From Phoronis australis (taxonomy: Eukaryota > Animalia > Phoronida), in assembly GCA_002633005.1 (NCBI GenBank), contig NMRA01000020.1, positions 1,012,803-1,076,802 on the forward strand: DNA of 64,000 bases, given 5' to 3'. Positions 1-12,090 of the stretch are shown here, piece after piece (position 1 is the stretch's first letter; each line of letters starts with the position of its first letter). The notes under the pieces are model-generated. The model ran no database searches, was not told the origin of the DNA, and was given only the letters and a program-made list of their open reading frames with translations. The translations under genes were made by a program, and so were the position numbers.

Positions 1-336
1 GAAGAACTCAAACGTCATCATAGCCCTGGAATGTAGCTCCAATCTATTCATGCTTAAAATTTAACCCCGACAGCAGCCATAATCACAATAATAAGGCATC
101 AAGTCGGACAAGCGCGTCAATTTGGCCAGAGAAATGTGGCGGTGGTTTTGCCAACACTCGCAATTCGATTTAGAAGGGAAGCTCTCGGATTTTGAACAAT
201 TGTCATACCTCCCGGAAAGGTGTCAAATTCACCATATTTTCCTGAAATTCCCCCGATTTAGTTTTCTGGAAATGTATTTTGCCGGGTTACCGAGGATAAG
301 TGGCGACGGAAAGGACAGCCGATGTGCCTCACAGGG
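1..336. mobile_element. Possible right end of a piggyBac-like (TTAA) non-autonomous element
   Basis: Ends ...CTCACAGGG followed by TTAA (337-340), the CCC..GGG/TTAA terminal pattern. No matching left end is visible in the window. Confidence 0.25.
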
Positions 337-3300
337 TTAATTTGCTGCCAACGTTACTGGGTATTTGTGTATGATCTTGAAATAATAAACAAGAGCAACG
401 CAGAGCGTTGAAATGCGCCCACAGGTCTCATGGCATAAGACTTTTCTGCCGTAATAAATGTGCGGTCCTGACGGGTTAAATTTTGGTCCTGACCTGATAA
501 GTTATAGTAGGTCCTGGCGTGATCAATTCCCGGTTTTGAGTTGTTTTTTTTTTGTCCTCAGTGCAGAGGTTTTAATTCTTGAATAGAAAACGTGTCCTGG
601 ATTTTTCTCATTTGGCTGTCCATAGCCTAGTCTCCATGGTACTAGTCTACGTCTATAGCTCACGATACACAGTGCCCAATCGATTTTTAGACGTACCTTG
701 TATACTGTAGAAGCGACTAGTCCAATAACGTTGTAGCTGTTTAATTAATGGGTGCTATATAACAGGGAAATGATCACGATTCGGTGTAAATACTTTAAGA
801 AAGCTGAGAATATCCTGAAGCCACCGACTTCGAATATACTCCAGAATCCAACGACCTTCGTTTTCGACTCTGATTATCAGGTACGTATACACTGTACTGG
901 CAATAAAAAAGCGACAATAGACCCGCCTTCCGTCCCAAAGAACAAAACTCTTGAATTGCGTTATTTACGGGTACGAAAACCACCACAATTTGTTCCTCAG
1001 TTAAAAGGATACTAAACCCTGCTTAGACGATTTCCACCAATACTCGTTCTGTCACCTGCTAATGCATCATTTGCGTAAAAATTCGAAGTTAAAGACAGGA
1101 TTTAACTAAAAACTCATACTCACTATGTCACACATTGGGCATCATGGTCCTTGATGGGTGGTCTTTTCCCACAGTTGCCGTGTAATTCGCAGAAAGCGTA
1201 GGTCACACTTGCCCGTTTAGCAGACTTTGAAAGAGGTTTTCAAATTTTCCTTCAGAGTTTTGAGGACAATCAAGGGTTACAGAGCATTATTTTGTTTCAG
1301 AGAACTGGAGGGGAAACTTAATTGTTTTCAATATCTGTTAATAGTCCCAAATCGCGTTTGGTATCTTTTTAAGTGAGAAGTCACTTCAGGGCTCCTATTG
1401 AGAGGCTTCACTTGTCTGGTCTCAACGACTAACGAATTATCATTTCTTTGCAAACCCATAAATTGCTTCTCATATCGGTACGGAACGCGTTCAGACAAAT
1501 TCAGTTACCGCATACAGTAATTTAGCCAATTCAAAAGTTCGCTTCATTGACGTAATGCGGGTTTATACAAATAGCCGCACTGGAATGTATTCTGGTGATT
1601 ATGTTGTTATTTTTGATTTTTTGACTTCGCAATAAAACAAAAATAATGTGTTAACGTTTTCTTCGTTTCATGGTCCGTGGGTATGAAAATTTCCCTCTTG
1701 TTCTTAAGGTCGATCGGAGGTTCCAGTGCCGGATTAAGCAATTGCGGGGCCCGTAGCATAAATCGAAGCGCCGGGCCACTACGAAAATACTCGTACGATG
1801 ATTATCTCGAAACAAACGAAAAATAGGTGTAATTTTCACTTTTGAGAAGGACAGCAATTGAGGCGGCTTTTAATGAGACAATGTGTCCACTGGGCATCGC
1901 TAGACGTTGATCAAATTGGTATTACTCAAACACCACTAAGCAGGGGCCCTGCACGTGTGTCAATTATAATCACCACATTTACACATTTAAATTCTTGCAG
2001 ATTCATTTCTACTGCTCCATATTTTAACAAAACCCGAACTGTGAATTCAAGAATGATTAAAAATACAGCAAGGTGTGGCACCTTGGTGAGTCTCTGCAAC
2101 TTCGGGGCGCGCGAGTTTTTATGTGCAAATATTTTTGCGGCCTGTGCACGTCTTACGCATCGTGTATCAGACAACCTGCGCTATTTTTACGAAAACATCT
2201 GTTCGCTCCACCTTAACACTCCATATTTTTACCTTTACCAACTGATTGATTTATAGAAGCCGTAGTCCTTTTTGTAGAAATACGTTGTTGAATCAACTGG
2301 CCTTAGTATTGGTTGATATTTAATGCAGGACTTTCCCCAGTCTAAATATTGTTGACGGTGCGGTCTTCACTGAAGGTAAAAACAACATCAACAGGGTTAA
2401 TTTGAAATGGATCATAATACTAAAACCTCTTTAAACCCACGTTCAGTCCAAGAACAGAGCTTTGAATTTAGACCGCTTGCTGTTACTAAAACGTCCTTTA
2501 CTCAAAAGAGAAGTGTTTTCTGAGTTTGCAAAGAACCGACGGATGGCGGTAAGTGGTCTGAATCATTTTTTTGCTAAACAGTATTTGAAATGCAAGAGCT
2601 GACTGACATGCAGACACAACGGTACAGTGAGACATAAGCAATATAACTGAATAAGACACATACGTGTATATGACTTTCCTGTTACCCCCCCTTCATTTGT
2701 CATTATTTGCAGTATTTCACCTGTCGTGTCCTACTGTGCATGTCTCCAGCTTTTGCTATGTGGTGGTATTACTGCGTCATTTTATTTCCACTTGAGAATG
2801 AAACAATTATGCTTCGAAATTTCGTGTGTCTTTTAATCATGTCTCTTGGTCAAGTGCTTCACCAATGTTCAGGTGAGTGTCGAACTTTGTTCCGACTACG
2901 AACTGAACGGAATAAATATTGTTAATAACAAGTGTGGTGTGTAAATAAAGTTCGCGTACATGTATATGTAACGTTCTCACGGCCAGCTCTTCACGAGAGG
3001 GGGGGGGGGGGNATCCAAGACTGCAAACAAGCCGTCAGAGTGCCTAATTGCGGGTTAAGTAAATTCGAAAGTCTGTGCAAACTGACACATTTTGAGGATT
3101 GTGACAGTTTGTTGTGTAGCAAAGCAAGCTAACTCGATAATAAAGTGCAAACATTTCATGCACAAATAGTGGCTACATCAAAGAAAACAACTTCTGACTT
3201 CGTATTTATTATACGGTAAATGAGTTCCATGGAATGAGGTAATTCTTTGGGTTTCTTTGGCTACAAAACGTATTTTTAGCTATTTTTTGACATTTAATTT

Positions 3301-3643
3301 ATTACCCCTGAGTTAACTATTAAAAGATCAGAAATTGCTATCGAGCAAAAATGATACGGCAAATTGACGCGAAACACAAATATTAATACGGCAAGTGATG
3401 GCATGACATTATAAAATAGCCCAGAACAACCACAACGAAAGTGAGAATTCAAATGTAAATTAGGGGATAACGTGTTCATAACACACAATGCTGTGGATAG
3501 TATGATTCAAATGTTGACAGTTCAATAATACGAGGCGAGGAATAGTCTGTAATTATTATGCTTTTTGTCACATGTACATGTATCATAAGAGGAAGTGATC
3601 GACGAACACCACGGCCGGCCGAGATTCACCAATACCGCATTAA

Positions 3644-5242
3644 AGGAGAATGCCAACAAAAATAAAGTATTATGTATCAATTTAGCTCAAGTAGTTCCAC
3701 GTACTCGATAACAGCAAGTTCAGTTCTTTTACCTGACACCAGACGGCAGACGGAGGTGTTGAAATTAACCAATGACGTCTAACACCGTCTGTTCAGCAGT
3801 TCGCAACACGCTTACTGGTGTCCACTTCATCGCTTTACACAAATAAATCATCAAAATTCGATGCGAATCCCTTACAAATGCAATAAGCTAGTTGTTTTAT
3901 TTCGCCGTTACGGATTTATAGAAATTTTGAGCATATCGTATCCTACCAAGTTTGGTAGGCAAACTTACGGAGGAAGTTTGGATCTGTTCGGCAACAAATT
4001 AGAATTATTCTTCTTTGAAATACAAAATAGGAAGGCATAGCCGTGTATTGTAACTTTAGACACGATTTTTTCAGTTCTTAACACACAAAACGCTCGTTGT
4101 AACCCGGTGGCTCGGAACTCAACTTGTTCTATTCTGTAGCCCAACAACAAGCCGGGAAGTTTACCCCCGTAGCCATTATAATACACGACTGATTAGCTCC
4201 ATTCTGGCATTTATGGTTGGAGGGCCTGCGCTCTTTTGATAATTGCTCTAATCTCCGATCAGATCGTATCAAGCCTGACTGGACTGGGCTGATAAAAATG
4301 AAAGTTAAGTTATAACAAATTTGAGCTTAAACCAATATCATTTCTGAATTCCTCGTCAAATGCTGACCATGTTCCGTTTTTGAATCACCAAAATCGCCCA
4401 ACTACTGTACATCAGAAGTTAAGACAATCTATTCTGTCCAAACGGATTACCAAAACACTGGGTTTAACTGTGTTCATACGCGTTCGGTAATAGCGTGCAA
4501 CCACCATACGCTTCCTTTGAAGCCTGGGAGATAATTGGCCTGCTTGTTAACACTGATACGGGACGGGTTAGTCGGCTGCCAAAGTTGAAAATTAAATTTG
4601 CAGTCACGAAAAGACTGGACTAGTGAACCAACGAAATAATAAGCAAGTGAATATGTTAGTAATTCGCTGCATCATTGAAAATCAACTTACCCGTCGGGGG
4701 CCGTAAAACCTCTCCCGACCGTACAGGGCAAAGGTGTACAATGACAATGAAGCCGGTTAAGTTGCACTCACGAACACTTCAAAGGCCTTACAAATTGTTT
4801 CTACTGAGACAGTCTTTCGATACACTTTGTTTCAGTTTTATTAAACATTGGTTAGGTTGAGAGTAACTCATTTTGAAACAGAATTATGCCGGCCACAGAC
4901 GCCGAGATATTTCACGGCCTCATACTTGGTATTAGCAGCGTGCTTTTCATTCAGTACTACAGCGAACCACTTCCAAAGCATTCCAGTTCTCGAGAAAATC
5001 GAAAAAAACGATAAACCCACTTTCCTCACAGCTTCATGGTTCGCACAAGCGGGAACGATACACCACACCATAGCGGCACACACTCAGCTGAAGAACCACT
5101 GACGTCGCTGCATCGTGTATTGAACTTCCTCACAGGTTAAAGCGACACCTCTCGGCGAGGTGAGGTGGACCGTATTCGAGGTGATGTAGATATAGACCGA
5201 TTAAGACTGTGAAAAACGAAAGAAATCGGGTGTCATTCTCCT
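3644..5242 (-). mobile_element. Kolobok-like DNA transposon, internally decayed
   Basis: TTAA (3640-3643) + AGGAGAATGCCA ... TGTCATTCTCCT + TTAA (5243-5246): short TIR starting with RR and a TTAA target duplication. Contains a THAP remnant. Confidence 0.7.
4868..5071 (-). pseudogene. THAP zinc-finger remnant (transposase N-terminus)
   Basis: MVWCIVPACAN...LSFFSIF...LWKW...VCGRH matches the THAP C-x4-C / SFF / W / CxxH pattern. Truncated by a stop. Confidence 0.65.
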
Positions 5243-8099
5243 TTAAACGTTTGTTTTCACAACTGAACTGTATGTGAATCCTATATTGGAAGCAAGGGAG
5301 ACCTTCGCTCAAGATTTAAACTTCGAACTCAGATTCAGTCCGAAACTTTAAACCAATCACACGCTACATGGTGATTCGAGCACAAATTTGCAAATTTACT
5401 CCAAGCAAGCGATGTAATTGGTCAAATTTGGGGGACCTGAAACTCTGTGGTCACTCAAGAGAAAGAGAAGTATATCTGGTAGAACGTCTTTCTGGTTCTT
5501 TATATTTACAGACCTCATTTGAGCACCATTTCGGGGAACTGCACACTTGTAGTCCCGTCTTTTGAAAACAACCCGTGTTCATCCTATAAAGCACGTTACA
5601 GAAGTGAATAGATGCCAGTATTTAAAGACTGGGATAAAAATGAATAGCCCACGTTTGCAACAAAATTGCCTATTTCTAAACTCGAAACTCCGGATATCGC
5701 CACGAATTAAAATTCGTGACCCTAAAGTATTGTGCTTTAAAAAGCTTTTTTCCATGAAACGGATCACCACAAAATCTGCTTTTTAGTCAATTTTCCTGTA
5801 AGTGCCAATTTACATGTAGTAGAAACTGGTTCCCAAAATAATGCTTTTTGGTGCCACGTCACAAAATGGCAGATCAGTTGAATATAGCGCGATTCACAAA
5901 CGCAAATACAACAAGAGCAACGCGAAACGTTGCACAAAGCGTTGCGTCGCATGTAATGCAGATACAAGGAACACATGTCAAGAATTATAAGTGACACTTG
6001 ACTTACCTCAAAATCCAACTTCTGCCTGGTGGTTAGATACTTGGCCCCGTTACACACCCAGCAGAATTAATGAAGAACATAATATGACAACATTATACAA
6101 GTGTTTTAGGTGTAAAAGACACATTTCTTGTCAAATTTTCAAATTCATAAAGATACTTTTCACGAACTATTCAAACGAAGGTTTAAAAATACTATTGTCG
6201 CCCCCCGTGAGCTTACGACGGGTCTGATTATTTAGTGAATGACAACATCAGGAACCTGAGAAGATGGTGTCTTTGATCAATGCCATTGTCAACCATCCTT
6301 TTCGCAGTAGGATCACAAATCGCAATTTCCCTAACGACGGATCATTAGAGTTGTTTGGCGGGAAGAGAGAGGCAGATACCAAAACATATTAAAAAGTAAA
6401 AATTACCACTAGGTGGAACAAAATACGTCAAATCGATCGAAAACGGGTACGTGGCTTCATTTCCCAAGAGATAGTTATGCCGAATTTCGTGAAAACACTG
6501 TAAGGAACAGAGGCAAGCATAAAAACTGAAGTTTCCACTTCAGACCACACCGGTAGTCGTATACGTCCGGAAAATTCAGTCATGCTGTACATTCAATGGA
6601 GTGCTAAAATTCTTTGATTTTTGGCCATATTTGAGGTGCTCTGGGAGCCAGTTTGCGGGGGCGGTGATTTCCAATGTTGTTTTTTATAAGTTTGCTGTCT
6701 GACTAAGGAAATTAAAAAATAAAAAATATGGGATTTTTGTTTATTTTCAAGCAACAGCTGATAGAAAAAACATATCATCGCGTAATTCACGGTGTCTGAT
6801 TACGGGCAGTATGTAACTGTATCTCATAAACCTCACAAAGGAGCTTCACTAATTTTTGCAAATATGTTTCTATGGAGATCAAATCAGTCGACGTCAATTT
6901 TCAAATACTTTGACTACTCATCCTAACAACCTTTTTCCACAGCAATTAACTTATTTTGGAAATTTTGAGCAATGCAGGGTGAACCAAGCTCAAATGAAAG
7001 TAGACCTGCATAATTGTTACTACGGTGACTGAGAACCATAGAAGTTTCCGTTCTTAAACAAAAAATTAACTAGCATGATAACAAATTATATGAAGCTATG
7101 ACGCAGAAGGATTCAAGTAAGCTTCACACTTCATAATCCAAATGTAACCCATTCCTGTAAATCACTAAGGTTTTCCACATTTTGTTTCTTTGATATATCT
7201 TGAAGTAGAAAGTAACTAGTTAAAAAACATAAATCAAAAGCACATTTTGTGCATAGAAGTTAGAAAAGTATCCTTTTGTGACACATAATCATACCTTGAA
7301 CAGAAGTTGACTTTCAAACAAAAACGATTTCAGAACAATTTCAATAGAATTCAGTAGAATGCAAGGTCAATTGAATGGGCACTTCACATTGAAATAAATA
7401 GAAGATTCATAATAGTTATGACACAAGAATTGGAAAACTGTACAAAACTGCTCTTTGTAGCAGTGTATCTGCAAATGCATTATACATGTAGTTGAATCTT
7501 CACCGATGACAATGTAGCCGGTTGAACGTGCCTTTCAGTTCAAAAAAGTCGCCGTGTTGTCCAATGTGAATTATGAGCACTTACACCATTCAATTCCATA
7601 AGTTACACCTGCGTGATTATATTCTTGTGTAAACTCTTGGATTGTACAGAATTGTAGGTAAAGATATGTGTTACTAAATTTTACCGTTAGAAAATTGGGG
7701 AAATAATGTTTAAGCACTTTAAATCCGTAACCTATGCCGCTGACATCGCAAGATGGCCGACTTGACCGAAATAAAGTCAAAATTTGACACATAAATAGCA
7801 ATAACTTTTGAATGTACCGTGCAATTTTGATAATTTTTTCAGACATTGATGCCTTTCCTGTGATGTCTTCGAAGTGAAAGAATTATTTTCGGTTCGACTG
7901 CTTTCATACATGTAGTTACGAACCCTTAATTCAAAAGAATTTGTCATAAATAAAAGCTAAATTGCCTTAAAATGTTGCACAAATCGGAACGTTTCATTAA
8001 AATCGCTTAAATTATTCGATGTCGGTCTAAAAACTGTCTCTAAGATAGTCAACCGTTTTGGGTCTTTGGGTATTGGCACCAGGCAATTATATCATAACT

Positions 8100-8355
8100 C
8101 ATGCGCGTTCCCAGCCTAAAATATAGGGGTCTCGAATTTTCAACAATGTGGATCTTTTACTAATAAAAAACGGGGGACTAAAAAAAAACCGGGCCCCACG
8201 TTGAGAGCTGTGAATTGTGCATTCGGTCCTTTTTAGTGGACTTTTGTCTCCTTTTTTCGGACTTCGTGTTTCTCTGAGGCGGACCTTTTTGCCCATTTCG
8301 CCAAATGAGGGAGGCGCTCGTTCGAGCCCCCCGAGCCCCCTTGGGTATGCGCATG
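8100..8355. mobile_element. CATGCGCGCACCCAG-type MITE (hAT5-like, 5-bp TSD)
   Basis: TIR CATGCGCGTTCCCAG / TTGGGTATGCGCATG with a perfect TAACT duplication on both sides. Same family at 18201, 26536, 43308, 45040, 46030 and 63162. Confidence 0.8.
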
Positions 8356-8742
8356 TAACTTGTGCCTTTGTAACCTCTGACCCATTGGTGAAGTTGTAAT
8401 ATGGATATGTTATATAGCATTATGGTCCTGTGTTGATTTCCAAAAACATTCGTTTAAAAATGTAGTAACGCAAAATCGGGTCATTTTTTAGAACAAAAAA
8501 TGAAAAAGCCCATGTGAGAGATTTTCTTAATTTATTCAAATATCTATCGAAAAACACAAATTTCAATGTCCAGAGCCCCGCAAACTGGCTTGTAGAAGCA
8601 ATTGAGTGACAACCACTTTCAACACTACAAAAAGTGTTTACGGATTTACCTGCCCTGTCACGTGATGAATGCAGCGAAATCATTAATATGTCCCACTTTC
8701 TCATCCCATTATGTTTTTTTGTCATTGAATGCAATCTACCTG

Positions 8743-10765
8743 TTTTTATTGGAAAATTGCTGTTTTCGACATGCAAAAAACGTGCCATTCGCTTCGTTAA
8801 CCTTTGAAGGTAAAAAACTAAGAAGTCAATAAGAGCAAAATTGGTGATTTTTGTATCAGAGCCACACCATGATCATATACACAAAGTATAAGCTGAATCT
8901 GAAAGATGACCCTTAGAGTGATTTTTTTATTTCGTTTGATTTTCTCCTGGAATGGCTCTAAAAATGTTCCTTGCGCACGGTTTTTACCGATTTCAGATTG
9001 AAAATATTAAGAATTTTTATAAGATTGACAAAAATGCCGTGTTTACAGAAGTTGTAGTTTTGCTTTCGGGCTCGACGTATTTTGGTTGTTTTGAGAACGA
9101 TTTAATGTACTCATATTTGACAGTACAGAACCTCATCTGATGTACAGTGTAGTGCAATAGGTGACCAAAAGGAGTCGTGTAATGTTTATTTTGCTTTCCT
9201 AATATCAAAAATATTGTCGCTAGTTCGAGATTTTTGTGATTTAATTATTTTGCTCAGGTGCAAAACCACATTGTATATTGAGGAAATTTGCCTACAATAT
9301 TTTTGTTTCGCGCTATTGTTATATCACAGTGTTGGCATTTGAAAACATCGCGCAAGGAACAGAACCCGACGCGATGTAATATACAATCAATCATGTTGCT
9401 GTTAACTGAATAGCGTGGTGTGCGCACGAGGGGGTTTTGGCGACAAAAAAGGTACCCGTATTCAACGTGCCTTGAATACGAAAAATCCGTAATAGATGCT
9501 CAAAAATACGGAAAATACGGAATAGAAATTCTTCCATATCACACCGCACACTATGACCCGTATTTCATGGCCATACTATCACGCTTAAAGGCAAAGGCAA
9601 CCTTTTTTTCATACCACTTTTAGCAAAAATAAGGTTCGTTGATTATCCCAAACACATTTTTCTCTTAATTATAGCTTTTCGTATTTTGATTAATTTCTCG
9701 TCCTCTACTCCGGAAGTGACGTTTTGGGAGGCNNNNNNNNNNNNNNNNNNNNNNNNNNNNNNNNNNNNNNNTTTTTATTGGAAAATTGCTGTTTTCGACA
9801 TGCAAAAAACGTGCCATTCGCTTCGTAAACCTTTGAAGGTAAAAAACTAAGAAGTCAATAAGAGCAAAATTGGTGATTTTTGTATCAGAGCCACACCATG
9901 ATCATATACACAAAGTTTAAGCTGAATCTGAAAGATGACCCTTAGAGTGATTTTTTGATTTCGTTTGATTTTCTCCTGGAATGGCTCTAAAAATGTTCCT
10001 TGCGCACGGTTTTTACCGATTTCAGATTGAAAATATTAAGAATTTTTATCATAAGATTGACAAAAATACCGTAATTACAGAAGTTGTAGTTTTGCTTTCG
10101 GGCTCGACGTATTTTGGTTGTTTTGAGAACGATTTAATGTACTCATATTTGACAGTACAGAACCTCATCTGATGTACAGTGTAGTGCAATAGGTGACCAA
10201 AAGGAGTGGTGCACTTGTAATTTTTATTTTGCTTTCCTAATATCAAAAATATTGTCGCTAGTTCGAGATTTTTGTGATTTAATTGTTTTCCTCAGGTGCA
10301 AAACCACATTGTATATTGAGGAAATTTGTCTACAATATTTTTGTTTCGCGTTATTGTTATATCACATTGTTGGCATGTGAAAACATTGCGCAAGGAACAG
10401 AACCCGACGCGATGTAATATACAATCATGTTGCTGTTAACTGAAGAGTGTGGTGTGCGCACGAGGGGGTTTTGGCGACAAAAAGGTACCCGTATTCAACG
10501 CGCCTTGAATACGAAAAATCCGTAATAGATGCTCAAAAATACGGAAAAATACGGAATAGAAATTCTTCCATATCACACCGCACACTATGACCCGTATTTC
10601 ATGGCCATACTATCACGCTTAAAGGCAAAGGCAACCTTTTTTCATATCACTTTTAGCAAAAATAAGGTTCGTTGATTATCCCAAACACATTTTTCACTTA
10701 ATTATAGCTTTTCGTATTTTGATTAATTTCTCGTCCTCTACTCCGGAAGTGACGTTTTGGGAGGC
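8743..10765. repeat. ~990-bp direct duplication flanking an N gap (probable haplotype/assembly artefact)
   Basis: 8743-9732 is nearly identical to 9772-10765, with scattered SNPs and small indels. The two are separated exactly by 39 Ns (9733-9771). Confidence 0.85.
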
Positions 10766-11922
10766 AAGAGTTTCCCGCCAATTTCTTTTCATTATATTCT
10801 GACTGTGAGAGCTGTCGAGTCAGTCATTGTTCTACCTCGGTTGTGATAAGTTCGGTCGTCGTTTGCTTTTGTTTACAAGTCAGTCAACATGCAACGCTGT
10901 TGCTGTGTGCCGGGATGTACTCATTATCGTCTCACACGCGCTTTGGGTACCTTGCGTCGCTTTCCGAAGGATGACACACTTCGCAGTACTTGGCTAGCTC
11001 GTTCATGTGAAGAACGCAGCGCTACCCGTCCACGCAACGTACAAAGCAGTCGAGGGTTACCGAGAGTGTGCAAGCATTTTCTGCAGTCAGATTATGACAG
11101 AGATATGTACGCTGAATTGGTGAAGGTCCCTGCGAAACAACGCCTGAAGAAGGGTACCATACCGTCGCTGTTGATTCCCGACAGTGTCGAGAAGTGCGTT
11201 TTAGAAGCGAGAAGCCTCGCGATCTGTATACAGTGACTGAAGGCACTTCATCTACTGTCACCCGTGCCTCCGAACGTATCCCATTGCGTGCATTTCCGGA
11301 AACTAGCAGTGATTCGCCCTGTGTTGTTGTCTCTAGCCGTGGCAGAGCCTCTAAGCAGCCCTGCAGCGATGTTGAGTAGTGGTAGTGAATACAGGCCCAG
11401 TTTGACACCCAGTGAAGAGGACAGTTCGTCATCCAATGAACAGATCGGTGAGCCTAAGTTTGATAAGTTTATTATGGACTTGTATTGGAGCTATTTGGAA
11501 TGTGCCAGGTGTGTGACGAGGGAGTCACACTGCGGGATGTAAGCAGTTTGGGTGCTCAGATCACCCTCCACTAGTGGGAGTGTGTCGCGGGACACTCGGC
11601 AAGTGGGACAGTTCTTCCTCTGTATGTGAGACCCCAGTACGCAGCAACAGCGTGGCATGTTGACTGACTCGAAAGCAAAAGCAAACGACGACCGAACTTA
11701 TCAAAACCGAGGTAAAACAATGACTGACTCGATTGCTCTCACAGCCAGGCTATATGAAAAGAAATTGGCGCGAAATTCTTGCCTCCCAAGACGTCACTTC
11801 CGGAGTAAACGACGAGTAATTAATTAAATTACGAAAAGCAGTAAATAAGTGAAAAATATGTCTGGGATAATCAACGAACCTTATTTTTTGCTAAAAATGA
11901 CATGAAAAGGTGGCCTTCGCCT
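10623..11922 (+). mobile_element. Non-autonomous Kolobok transposon with ~280-bp TIRs
   Basis: TTAA|AGGCAAAGGC ... GCCTTCGCCT|TTAA. Internal THAP ORF, followed by a frameshifted KFI..LLELF..C..C...GH..W.SS segment typical of the Kolobok transposase N-terminus. No DDE domain. Confidence 0.85.
10889..11236 (+). pseudogene. THAP domain ORF of truncated Kolobok transposase
   Basis: MQRCCCVPGC...RFPKD...W...VCKHF..DYDRD..AEL...RLKKGTIPS: complete THAP signature. Confidence 0.8.
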
Positions 11923-11960
11923 TTAAAGGATACGTAATTATGCACTCACACATTCACGCG

Positions 11961-12011
<51 letters not shown>

Positions 12012-12090
12012 GTATGTATGTATGAATGTACATGTATGTATGTATGTATGTACATATACGTATATACGTATGTGTGTATATATGTATGTG
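11961..12090. repeat. Compound microsatellite (CA)n + (TATG/TA)n
   Basis: Directly visible; it explains the HTHT/VCVC low-complexity ORFs. Confidence 0.95.

Noticed and set aside
6264-6392. Short ORF containing ...LFGGKREA, resembling a neuropeptide cleavage site
   Set aside because: No signal peptide, no repeated peptides and no supported exon structure; likely chance.
8952-10246. Duplicated 62-65 aa ORFs
   Set aside because: They lie in the gap-flanking duplication and contain no recognisable domain.
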